Positions 1 to 9,146 of a DNA stretch of 64,000 nt are shown piece by piece. The DNA lies in NCBI GenBank assembly GCA_963749495.1, contig CAVVMW010000010.1, positions 160,001-224,000 on the forward strand. The letters are read 5' to 3'. The first letter of the stretch is position 1; the number at the start of each line of letters is the position of its first letter. The stretch comes from an uncultured bacterium (GTDB lineage Bacteria; Verrucomicrobiota; Verrucomicrobiia; Limisphaerales; UBA8199). The notes under the pieces were generated by a model. That model saw nothing but the letters and a program-made list of their open reading frames with translations. It was not told the origin of the DNA and made no database searches. The position numbers and the translations under genes are program-made.

Positions 1-71
1 GATCGTGCCGAACGACAACTCGAAGCGCGAGCCCCCGGGCTGACTCCGGGCCGCGCTGGCCCGACAATGAT

Positions 72-602
72 ATGAAGACATCTGCTGACCTTGAATATCA
101 AGCTGCCTTACAGGTCGCCAGCCTGATGGCTGCGGCCGCCCGAACGGCACCAAAGACCCGTGGCATTGACAACATTAGGGTGGTGGCCATTGACGACACA
201 GGCACCAAAAACAGGCTCGTCGGCAGAATGAGAGAATTGGCGCAATCAGAGAACCGCCCGAGCTTCGACCGGGACGCCACCTGCGTCGCGAGTTCTTCCG
301 CCGTTCTGATAATCGGGGTTGAATCCAATCCGGCCGGTCTCAACTGCGGTTACTGCGGCCACGGCAACTGCGCCGAAATCGAGAAGGCCAACGGCGTTTG
401 CGCTTTTAACTCCATTGACCTCGGCATTGCAGCTAGTTCCGCCGCCGGCATTGCCGCCGATTCGCGGGTTGATACCCGTCTGATGTTTTCGGTTGGAAGA
501 GCCGGCCTGGCCCTGGACCTCTTTGGCAGCAAGGTAAAGCTGGCCCTGGGCATTCCTCTGAGCATCACGGGCAAGAGTCCTTTTTTCGACCGGAAGGCCT
601 GA
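72..602 (+). CDS. Ferredoxin-like domain protein (DUF2148 family)
   Basis: 176-aa ORF with AARTAPK motif, CGYCG..C and C Cys cluster, DLGIA and a GKSPFFDR C-terminus. Confidence 0.8.
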   Translation: MKTSADLEYQAALQVASLMAAAARTAPKTRGIDNIRVVAIDDTGTKNRLVGRMRELAQSENRPSFDRDATCVASSSAVLIIGVESNPAGLNCGYCGHGNCAEIEKANGVCAFNSIDLGIAASSAAGIAADSRVDTRLMFSVGRAGLALDLFGSKVKLALGIPLSITGKSPFFDRKA

Positions 603-687
603 CGAGGAGAGCAGGAAAGAAGGCGGAAATGCCGGGCCGGAAGCACCCGCAGAATACGCAGACCATGCCGAATCGGAGTCCTCGGGT

Positions 688-1128
688 TCAAGAGAGTAGA
701 AGCCGCCAAGCCCAAAGGGCGCTGTTGCGCCAGCCGACCCGACTCCGCTTCTTCCCGTCCCGAAGCTCAGCCTCAACTCTCGGAAGCTCCGCCAAGAACC
801 AATTTCTCTCTGCTTCGCTCAGTTCGGCAAGCACCAAGTCCCGCGTGTGCTTATCAACGGAGGCCAGATCCTGAACCAGTCCGGCTGCGAGCCGCCCAAT
901 AGCCAATTGCGTGGACATGCCAACAAGACAAACCGCGCCGCCGAGAACCGAAATCAGCGCGACTGGAAGAAAAGCCTCATAGCCCAGGCCCAACGCCAGC
1001 ATCGGGGCGAATATGACAAGCGCGAATCCGAGATTCGCGTCTTTCCAGATCGCGCGCGGCAGTCTCATGAACTGTTGGACGAAAGCATTAGCACCTTGGG
1101 TTACGCAAAAGGAAAGCCATGCGGCCAA
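688..1128 (-). CDS. Hypothetical membrane protein
   Basis: 146-aa ORF with two hydrophobic segments, convergent with the previous gene; start uncertain. Confidence 0.5.
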   Translation of the reverse strand: MAAWLSFCVTQGANAFVQQFMRLPRAIWKDANLGFALVIFAPMLALGLGYEAFLPVALISVLGGAVCLVGMSTQLAIGRLAAGLVQDLASVDKHTRDLVLAELSEAERNWFLAELPRVEAELRDGKKRSRVGWRNSALWAWRLLLS

Positions 1129-1215
1129 CGAGGCTTGACGCGGCGGCGGGGCTCTCGCGCGAAACCATCGCTTGTGCCGGGTGTATCAAGAGATTTTGAG
1201 AGAGGACAAAGAGGG

Positions 1216-1286
1216 TCTGGCAGAAAAATGAGATGGCAGAAAAATGGCTCTTCTCCATTTTTCTGCCATCTCATTTTTCTGCCAGA
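1216..1286. repeat. Perfect 32-bp-arm palindrome built of tandem TGGCAGAAAAATG units
   Basis: tctggcagaaaaatgagatggcagaaaaatgg-ctcttct-ccatttttctgccatctcatttttctgccaga. Confidence 0.95.
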
Positions 1287-1291
1287 TTAGG

Positions 1292-1369
1292 GCCAAGGAC
1301 TTGGGCCACGTGTTCGTCCGCCAGGGCCTTGGCCGCTTTCAACTCGATAATCAGGCGCTGGTCTTGCAC
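1292..1369 (-). pseudogene. Internal fragment of a GxxExxY family (PD-(D/E)XK-like) gene
   Basis: Minus frame reads VQDQRLIIELKAAKALADEHVAQVLG, matching the IIELKA...H.AQ...YL core; the flanking parts are missing. Confidence 0.65.
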
Positions 1370-1710
1370 AGCCTATTGCTTTCTTGCGTCTTTTGCTTTT
1401 TCGCGGCAGAATTCCGTCTCTGCCATTGGATCGGCGTAACGCGCCAATCCCGGATTAAGACAGCGGTGGCTGATTACCTGGCGCGGCACAAGCGGCCGGA
1501 AAAGAGAAAGGCGTCCGCCTGATGTTTGCGCCCTGGCCGCCGTCGTGAAGGAGCAACGGAATCGCCTTCACTGCGGTTGCGCGGCCCCGGGGCTCTGCTA
1601 AGCTGAAGGGCATCAGCAGGGCGCCTGGCGCAGCTTTGCCCTGCTGGCGTGCCGCTGCCGGCGCGGAGGGCAATTCCTCCGGGCAGTTGCCGGCGGTGCG
1701 CGTTACGAGT

Positions 1711-1751
1711 TTGCCGGTGTGGCGAAATGGCAGACGCACAGGACTTAAAAT
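1711..1751 (+). repeat. Left att site: 5' half of tRNA-Leu through the anticodon loop
   Basis: ttgccggtgtggcgaaatggcagacgcacaggacttaaaat, identical to 11471-11511. Confidence 0.95.
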
Positions 1752-1874
1752 TCTAAAACCGGCCCTTTCCGGCCCTTTCCAACGGTTGCTTGCCAAGTGG
1801 ACTTCACCCTTGATTTTACGGGCTAACACTCACTTTTGGCCGCTGAAAAGGAAACGGTTGATGCGGAACGGCAA

Positions 1875-1896
1875 AGTGTCACAATTAGTGTCACAG
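1875..1896 (+). promoter_or_regulatory. Putative integrase arm-type binding site (left)
   Basis: agtgtcacaattagtgtcacag (two AGTGTCACA units), identical to 11389-11410. Confidence 0.7.
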
Positions 1897-2490
1897 ACCT
1901 GAATTGCCTTATCCAGAAGGCAACCATCATAAGCTGCATTTCACCACCGGCACGGGGCGCAACGCGGCGCCGCCCTGAAAGCCGCCAACAGTCCGCCGCA
2001 GGACCGCGCGGACCATGCCGACATACCACCCCGCCTGCTCGGATGCCTGCCAGGGCCATTCCCGGCACGAGGCGCGGGCTTGTAGCCTCGGGGGGTGTCA
2101 GGACAGCGGACGCTGGCAACGGACGCGCCAGAAGCCGCGTAGCAAGGCGCCACGCAGCAAGGCGGGCCGTCCTGGCGACACTGGCCAGGCTGTTGGCTGG
2201 CGGCTGCCTCCGGCGGCTGTCCCGGCGTCACCCGCCGACAGGCAGCGTCATGCCAGTGCCGCCCCAGTGGACGGCGCGGCACCCCCCCCCCGGCGCCTAT
2301 GGAGTTCCTTTTCCCGAAGCCCGCGCCGGGGACCGGGCCGGCCCCTTCTTTGCCGGGGTCGCTCCTCGCTACGCAAGGGCTCAAGAAATCTTGGTGTTCT
2401 GCCAGACTCCTCCGGCGCTTCTGGGTACTGCCGGTCAGATCGGGCTGTCAGTAAGCCACAACAAGGACACCGGCGTTTCCGGTCCGTCCA

Positions 2491-3711
2491 TTACGGCAAG
2501 TACTTCACCCGGAAGAACCCAGCACTGCCGCTGGCGCTGACGTGCTGCGTGCTGGTGGTCGTTGTGGGACTGAAGGGGGTGCCAACACTGCTCCATGACT
2601 CTCCGGCGGTCGGGCTAAACTCAAGCTGGTAGTTGTCATAGGGCGAGAGATTAGCCAAGTCGAACTCCAGCACAGGAGTCACCAGCGGTCCAAAGAACAG
2701 CGCCGTGATCCGCATCGTGGGTTGAGGAATGAAGGGCGGCTCAATGACGATGATCGGCGTGCTGGTGTAGCCATAACCCGTACTGAGAGCGTTGACGGCA
2801 ATGACCGCCCCGTTGGTCATCACGGCCACGGACTGCGCCCCGCTGCCGCCGCCGCCAATGATTCTCACGGTGGGCGTGTTCGTGTAGCCATAACCGACAT
2901 CAGTTACGGTCGCCCCCACGACAAAACCGTTCACCACGGTTGCAGTTGCGGTCGCGGTGCGTGGTGGTGGCAAATCCTGTTGGTAAAGCTCCTGGACTTC
3001 CGAGGCTGAAAGGGCGCGGTTGTAGATGCGGACCTTGGAAATGGCTCCTTTAAATCTGGCATCATACGCAAAATTGGGGCCGCTGTTGTTGCTGTTGGTG
3101 AAGTTTCCCGCGCCGACACTGACGCTGGACCTTCCGGCATGGCCCGCGATTATCACGTTGGTTGAAGCGATCAAGCTGCCGTCCAAATAGAGACGTTGCC
3201 CGTTTCCGGCTGACGTGAACACTGCCTGCTGCCATTGGAAGAGCGTTACTGGAGCGTTTGTTGATTGGATAAATTGCCCAGTAAAAAAGCCTCCACCATA
3301 TAAGGAACCGGGCTGAGACACTTCAGCGCTGGCGCTGAGGCAGATGCCCCGGTCGCCGCCCGCTTGGGAATCATCATCCCAGAATATCACGCCTGTAAGA
3401 GCTTCGGCCTTGAACCACACGGCCCATGTCAGAACTTGATTCGGGTACAGAGCATCGTTCTTCCCGAAGAGAACATAACCGTTCACCCCGTCGCAATAGA
3501 CGGCCGAACTTGGCTCGCCGTCAATTCCATTGGTGTAAAAAGCGCCGTTCTCCAGGATTCCGGTGTTGCCCCTATCGAATTGGTCAGCCGCATTCCCGTT
3601 GAACGGGTAGTACGCAACCAGACCGTTGGTGAGATAGGACTGGCCTTGGACCTGGCCTGCGAGAGCGGAACCGATGGCGAGAATTCCCAACACTGCTCTT
3701 GTTGTTTTCAT
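2491..3711 (-). CDS. Secreted LamG/concanavalin-like domain protein (element cargo)
   Basis: Signal peptide; GLVAYYPFNGNA...VRIYNRALS LamG motif; G-rich beta repeat; C-terminal ...GFFRV motif. Confidence 0.85.
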   Translation of the reverse strand: MKTTRAVLGILAIGSALAGQVQGQSYLTNGLVAYYPFNGNAADQFDRGNTGILENGAFYTNGIDGEPSSAVYCDGVNGYVLFGKNDALYPNQVLTWAVWFKAEALTGVIFWDDDSQAGGDRGICLSASAEVSQPGSLYGGGFFTGQFIQSTNAPVTLFQWQQAVFTSAGNGQRLYLDGSLIASTNVIIAGHAGRSSVSVGAGNFTNSNNSGPNFAYDARFKGAISKVRIYNRALSASEVQELYQQDLPPPRTATATATVVNGFVVGATVTDVGYGYTNTPTVRIIGGGGSGAQSVAVMTNGAVIAVNALSTGYGYTSTPIIVIEPPFIPQPTMRITALFFGPLVTPVLEFDLANLSPYDNYQLEFSPTAGESWSSVGTPFSPTTTTSTQHVSASGSAGFFRVKYLP

Positions 3712-4217
3712 AGACGTTTTCACAAAGCGCAACCGCACAGCAGCGGAACAAAAGGGCGCGAACTTAACGCACCCTGTCCCGAGGCACCGCGAAGCGCCTG
3801 TTACACAAGCACGCCAAGCCGCGCCCAGTTGGGCGCGTGCTCGCTCGATTGTGTAACGGGCCTGGAAAATTCGCGGTTTTCGGGACAGCCCGCAGCCGGA
3901 GCTACGCTAAATTGCTGGTTTGGTTTACATAGACAGTGGATGCCAAAGCCTGAACTTGGGGACGGAGCTTGGCGACGGTCAAGGAATACTTATTCACAGG
4001 TTATTCGCAAAACCCCTGATTACTGCGGCCGTGAAACGCTGGCGCGCGGGGTGAGTCGGCGAGGGCGGTCCGGCTGTGCGGTGAGGGCTAAAACCAGGGA
4101 GCGGGCGGAGGGGACGCCTCTGGGGCGTATCTCGGCCACCCTTGGCGATGGTTTGCCGGGGTGCTGGGGACGGCGGTAAAGGCTTGAACAGGCGTCCAGT
4201 GTGGGTTACGGTTGGCC

Positions 4218-4583
4218 ATGCCGCTATTCGACTCCGCAAGCGCCCGTGAAGCCCAACGCAAATCGGCTGAGTCACGACGCGCTAACCGCGTGGCGGGCGG
4301 GCAGAGGCAACCGCAACCCGCCCCGCCACACCCCCCCGCTGATGGGTTTGTGAGCGCGGGTCTCGCGCGCGTGCGCGTGCAATTGAACGGTATCGCAGAC
4401 AAGATCAACGGGTTGGTCCAGCGCAACGAGTTCGACGCCAAACAGCTTGACCAACTCGCCAGCGCGTTCAGCCGCCTTTCCGAGATTGAGCGCCAGCTTG
4501 CGGGCCGGCCCTTGCCCGGTTCGCTGCGGCCAACCACCGAGAAGCCACGGGGCCGTATGGCGCGGATGCTCGGCGACTTGTGA
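4218..4583 (+). CDS. Hypothetical protein (element)
   Basis: ~121-aa helical ORF, convergent with the 4588 ORF. Confidence 0.55.
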   Translation: MPLFDSASAREAQRKSAESRRANRVAGGQRQPQPAPPHPPADGFVSAGLARVRVQLNGIADKINGLVQRNEFDAKQLDQLASAFSRLSEIERQLAGRPLPGSLRPTTEKPRGRMARMLGDL

Positions 4584-4587
4584 CGGT

Positions 4588-4803
4588 TCAGGCGTGGAGG
4601 CAATTCCCTGGGCGGGCAGACGGGGAGCCTGCCGGCTCCCTCGGCTCAACAGGGGGGACTGGGCGGCAGATTTCGCAGCGGAAGCCAAAGCCGCGCAACG
4701 CCACTTTCAGCAGCCCCCGGAGGCGTTGGATCGGGGCCGCCTGCCAGTGGCCCGCCACGGCCCGCAACCGCAATTCAAATTCGGGTTGCGCGTTCATACT
4801 CAA
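4588..4803 (-). CDS. Small hypothetical protein (element)
   Basis: 71-aa ORF overlapping the stop of the upstream toprim gene by 4 nt. Confidence 0.55.
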   Translation of the reverse strand: MSMNAQPEFELRLRAVAGHWQAAPIQRLRGLLKVALRGFGFRCEICRPVPPVEPREPAGSPSARPGNCLHA

Positions 4804-5726
4804 TTCCTGGCGCGGCGCTCGTCCATCGCCTCGGAGATAAAATCCCGGCTCTCCACGCGGAGGCTTTCAAGTGTCTGGCGCTCCATGGCCTCGGTCTTTT
4901 GCAGCAACTTCCATTGCCTGCGATCAATGTGTCGCGTGATGCAGGACTCGACGAGCTTCCGAATCTCGGAAGGCGGCATCGTGTCCAACTCGACGCACTC
5001 GCCGCCGGTCCACTTGGCCGCGCGCGTGTCGCTCTGCTTCACGGGCCGGGTTGGCAGGTCCATCGGCTCGATCTGCTCCTGGGTCACAGCAGCCCGGACA
5101 AATTCGAGATCAACCTTGAAGTCGTCCCGGAAGGCTTTGACCATTGATTCAGCAGCAGCAACACCGGACGGATCGTAATCGCCAAGGTGGTAGAGGATGA
5201 CTTTCTTCCCGGCCTCCACTGCTGCCCGGAAGGTTTGGGCGGCGCCGTAGAGACTCGACAAGCTCGCAAAGCCGCGACACACGAAAACAGGAACGCCGAA
5301 AGAGTTGGCAGTGCCGGCCACGATGGATGCAACGGCATCCTTCTCAACCCACGTTTCGAGATAGTAGGGCTGCGTACTCCAAAGGTTGCGGCGGTAATTC
5401 TCCACGGTGTTGCGCAGCGCATCGTCAATGCCATCGAAGCTCGGTCGCTGGATGTGCCATCGGGTGTTGTCGGCAAAGGCACTCCACTCGACATCACCGG
5501 AGCGGCGCCATTTGGACAGATGGCCACAGAGACCTTTGTAGTCAGCCTCGGTTTTCTCTATGACGTGCAAGCCGGAAGCCAGCCGATAAAATAAATGTCG
5601 GATCGTGATCTGGCCTTCCTCGCCAGCCAGGATGTTTCGGATCGCGTCCAGCAGGCTCGCCATCTCGCCCCGCCTACGGTAGGAGCGTTTTGCCGGAACA
5701 ATTGGACTAGTCCGATTCTTCATCAT
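4800..5726 (-). CDS. Spo11/topoisomerase VI subunit A-like wHTH-Toprim protein
   Basis: TIRHLFYRL (CAP/wHTH Tyr motif), WVEKDA and GDYDPSG Toprim acidic motifs, VELD motif. Confidence 0.7.
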   Translation of the reverse strand: MMKNRTSPIVPAKRSYRRRGEMASLLDAIRNILAGEEGQITIRHLFYRLASGLHVIEKTEADYKGLCGHLSKWRRSGDVEWSAFADNTRWHIQRPSFDGIDDALRNTVENYRRNLWSTQPYYLETWVEKDAVASIVAGTANSFGVPVFVCRGFASLSSLYGAAQTFRAAVEAGKKVILYHLGDYDPSGVAAAESMVKAFRDDFKVDLEFVRAAVTQEQIEPMDLPTRPVKQSDTRAAKWTGGECVELDTMPPSEIRKLVESCITRHIDRRQWKLLQKTEAMERQTLESLRVESRDFISEAMDERRARN

Positions 5727-6061
5727 GGCTTCGTGGCCTTGAGCCGGTCCAGGGCGTGGATGCAGTCCGGGTGTTGGATGGAGCGCAAGCCGATAGCCAG
5801 GCTCTCAGCGGTGGATCGGTCCGCGCCGTCAAATTCCCCGGCCAGGACTTGCCGGGCCGTGTGCAACCAAGGCGCGCAGTCCGGCGTGAGTCTGGCGGCA
5901 GGGGCCTCTAAATAGTCCAGCAGTTCACGCTTGTGCGCCCGGAGCGTATCCGCCAAGTCGGACGGACAGGCGCCCTTGGGCGCAACAGCCAGCATGTCAC
6001 CAACGGCTTTCAGCTGGAGTCCACCCCGGGCGGCTTCCAACAATAGGGCGTGCGCGGTCAT
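5723..6061 (-). CDS. Small protein with TubC N-terminal docking-like domain
   Basis: L..GD.L...PKG.....L...LRAHKRELL.YL pattern; ATGA overlap with the next gene. Confidence 0.55.
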   Translation of the reverse strand: MTAHALLLEAARGGLQLKAVGDMLAVAPKGACPSDLADTLRAHKRELLDYLEAPAARLTPDCAPWLHTARQVLAGEFDGADRSTAESLAIGLRSIQHPDCIHALDRLKATKP

Positions 6062-6156
6062 ATCAAGTCGGCCTCGATCAGTGGCCAAAGGTTCGACCAG
6101 CAATCGGCAATCAGGGCAGGTTTTATCCGGCGTTTGGCCTTCCTGTTCGGCACGGC

Positions 6157-6274
6157 TGGCACAGGCGGCACAGGCATTTCCTTATCTTTATCAGACAGAG
6201 GCAGGTTGTGTGTGTAGTGTGTACTGGGCGGGGTGTTCAATATTGTACGGGAAATGCTTGTGCCGCTTGTGCCG
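6157..6274. other. Putative replication origin of the element
   Basis: ~25-bp inverted arms made of 9-bp-period GGCACA units flanking an AT-richer spacer, directly downstream of the primase-helicase. Confidence 0.5.
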
Positions 6275-6281
6275 GGAGTAT

Positions 6282-8557
6282 TCATTCGGCGTCCTCCGGG
6301 GCGAGAATTGAACGAAGGCCGATGCCGACAATGTGCCGGACGCGTTCGCCCTCGATGCGCAACTGGCTTTCGCGCAGACCGGGAAACCGGTCCAGCAGCT
6401 CGCGGAAAAACCACTCCGCGCAGACCGCCCGCAGTTCGTACCGTTCAGCGAAATCTCTGAAGGCGTTGCGCAAGTTTTCCTTCGCGGCCCTGGCATCGCT
6501 GGCCAGGATGCAGCGGGATTGGACGAAGGCGCCAACCGGGTCATTGCTGACGCGGAAGCGGTTATGCACGGCCCGGCTTTGCGGACCGCCGATGGGTATT
6601 TCCGCCGAGCGCAAAAGCCGTTGCAGACCCCCAACCATGAACCGAAAAACGCCGTCCAGTTCACCGGCGAGGCGGGCCTTCAAGGTTACGTCTTTGACCG
6701 GCGGTGCAAAGTCGAACCTCAAGAATCTTGTGCGCCTCAACTCGGCCTCGGTGCCATGCCGAAACCGAGGCAGGCTGTTGGCCAAAAACCACAGTTTTGC
6801 ACTCGTCTGCATCACGAAGGGCGCCCCGTAAATCGGGCGCGCCTCTATCGCCTCGCCGGAAACCAGCGTCTTGAAATTCCCGCTCTCGGCAATGTCCGCC
6901 GTAGTCAACTCAGTTCCAAGATTCACCGCCGCGAATTTCAATTTCGGCAGGTGGTAACTTCGAGGATCGCAAATTTGACTCATGGACAAGCGGCAGACCA
7001 AATCCGTGCCCAGGGCAGTGACCACTGGATCGGCCACGGTGCTTTTTCCCGAACCCGCCTCGCCGTAACAGCATAGCGCCGTCTCGAAACGACAATCAGG
7101 AAGAAGGAAATTCCCAAGGCAAAGCTGGAACAGTTCGCGGTCCTGGGGGGCGGGCAGGACCTCGCACAGGACGCGCTTGAACAGGGCCGCCCGTGCCTCG
7201 GGGTTGAATGGCGCAACCGTCTGATAAGTGAAACAGTGTTCCGGTGAATGCGGCATGAGTTGGGCGGTATCGGCGGTGACCCGCAGTAGGCCATTGCGGA
7301 CGTTCAGCAAAACCGCGCCATCGGAGTCGAAGCGGTAGAACCCTCGGAACGTGTCGGGATCGGTCTGCCTCGCTGCCTCGACGTGATCCAGCAGGGTGCT
7401 GGCGCGCCGGACCGTGCGGATCGGCTCGGGAGGATCGCCAAGGCTTGCGGCTTCAACGCGTCAGGGTTCTGCGGCTTCCAGGCGCCATCGCGGTAGAGGT
7501 GCCAGGTCCGGCCAATCGTCTTGACCGGCGGCAAAGCGGCTTGCAGGCGCTTCGCAAACTGCAACTCCGTTTCCGTGTCGGCGTTTCCGGGTGAGGCTGT
7601 CACCGTCAACGCCCGACTGGCGGCAGCTTCGGCTTTTCCGATCCTCGACCTCAACTCGTGGTTGATGCCCTCGACAATGCCCCGGCAGTGTTGGTGCAGA
7701 CACGGGCCGGTGGGGGCGCCATTCACCATCACCTTGAAGTCCCGGTCGCCGTTGGTGGTCGAGTGCAAATGCGCCCCTGGGCATTGGCAAAAGCCCTCAG
7801 TGTCACTGCTCCACCGGACGGGGCCAAGTATGTCCTCCGCAATCTGCCGTCGCTCACTGAGGTTGACGGCTTCACCATTGCGGGCGGCGGCGGGGGCTGG
7901 TCCCTTGGTCTCGATCACTGGCAACTCGATGGCATTGGGATTTAGGACGGCCTCGGGGTCAAACGAGACGTAACACAGTCTGCCAACATCCCTGCACGCC
8001 GTGTCAATCTGGACGCCTGTTAGCGCGCGGACATGCGCCTCCACGGCGCGGAAGCTGTCACCGTGCCGCTCTGCATCCGCCGGCACGCGGAACAGGGCCT
8101 TGAGCCCCACGCCCGAGGGCGAAAGGAAATCCGCAACCAAATGCGGGCTTGTCTTGAGCTTTCCGCGAACCTCGGGGAGCCGGTCGCCCAGGTCGTCAAG
8201 GTCGGCGCACAAGTAGCCGGAGTGCGCGACCAGCTTTTCGGCGGTGGGCTTTTTGCGGTTCTTAAATCGCCCACTCCACAAGATGCCGGGTCGCTTTTTC
8301 TTTTCGCCGTCAATGGCGAGCTTGGCCGCCTTGGTGTCGCCGGTCTTGGCCAGGACCTCGGCATAGAGCTTGCGGATCTTCTCAATGGGGCCGCGCCATT
8401 TGCCGGCCCGGATCTGCTCCACGATCTTGAGCGCGTCCGCATCGCGCGTCGCCGTGCTTGTGGCATCCGGCACCATGCTGACGCAGACAGGGCCACTGTT
8501 CACCGGCGGCGGGGCGTCGGCCTCCGCGGGCAGATATTCCGTGGCGGTCGTTGTCAT
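6282..8557 (-). CDS. AEP primase (BT4734/VirE-N type) + Zn finger + D5/SF3 helicase; split by a 1-nt deletion near 7430
   Basis: HSGYLCADLDD, FLSPSG.GLK and RLCYVSFDP primase motifs; CQCPG..H..C.HQHC; Walker A GEAGSGKST. Adding one C at CTC CC(C) GAG joins the two ORFs. Confidence 0.85.
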
Positions 8558-8606
8558 CTTGCGACCCCCATACCGGGACACGTCGGCACGTGGTGAAGCA
8601 GGGCGA

Positions 8607-8849
8607 TCATTGGCTACCTCTCCGCCTTTCGTCCTTGGCCCGGTGATCCTTGATAATGTCCAACAGCGGGCTGATTGCCTCCCCTTGCAGTTCTACGATC
8701 TCGCGCAGCCAGCGGATTTCTTCGCGCAGCCAGCGGATCTCTTCCCGCAGATCCTCTGTCTCGCGGCACTTGATCGAGCGGCGGCGCGTCTTCGGCGGTG
8801 CGGTGTGCCCTGTCTGTCTGCTGGCGCCTGTTGGTCCGGGGGCGATCAT
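8607..8849 (-). CDS. Small coiled-coil hypothetical protein
   Basis: 80 aa with an LREEIRW heptad repeat; ATGA overlap with the Xis-like gene. Confidence 0.55.
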   Translation of the reverse strand: MIAPGPTGASRQTGHTAPPKTRRRSIKCRETEDLREEIRWLREEIRWLREIVELQGEAISPLLDIIKDHRAKDERRRGSQ

Positions 8850-9115
8850 GCGGCCTCCCGCTTTGTCGGCGGCATCGGGACGGTGTGGTCCTTGGCAAAC
8901 TCGCCGCTTTGCGCCCTCTCAGTAAAGCGCCGGATTTCCTCCAGGGAAACGTAAACGCGCCCGCAGATGTTGATTGTCGAAAGCCATCCGCGCTTGCGCC
9001 AGCGCCATGCAGAAATCTCGGAGATCCCGGCGCCGTGGCACCAGCGGCGAAGGGCCATCAGCCCGGCCTGGGCGGTTTGCCCGATGGCCGTAGCTGAAAC
9101 AGTAGTGTTTTTCAT
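8846..9115 (-). CDS. Excisionase/AlpA-like HTH DNA-binding protein
   Basis: GISEISAWRWRKRGWL...GRVYV..EEI winged-HTH pattern; located between integrase and primase. Confidence 0.75.
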   Translation of the reverse strand: MKNTTVSATAIGQTAQAGLMALRRWCHGAGISEISAWRWRKRGWLSTINICGRVYVSLEEIRRFTERAQSGEFAKDHTVPMPPTKREAA

Positions 9116-9146
9116 GCGGCCTCTTTTTACCGCATGAAAAGGCGGA

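Noticed and set aside
1752..1941. Group I intron in tRNA-Leu(UAA), as in cyanobacteria
   Set aside because: The anticodon loop is uninterrupted, the 3' anticodon stem and T-arm are missing downstream, and no P7 core is visible. The segment carries att-arm repeats instead.
4218..4583. Small terminase subunit assignment
   Set aside because: Size and position are suggestive, but I see no diagnostic motif, so it is left as hypothetical.
7304..7435. Programmed frameshift between primase and helicase
   Set aside because: No slippery heptamer is evident, and it has the same homopolymer indel signature as other split genes in the window.
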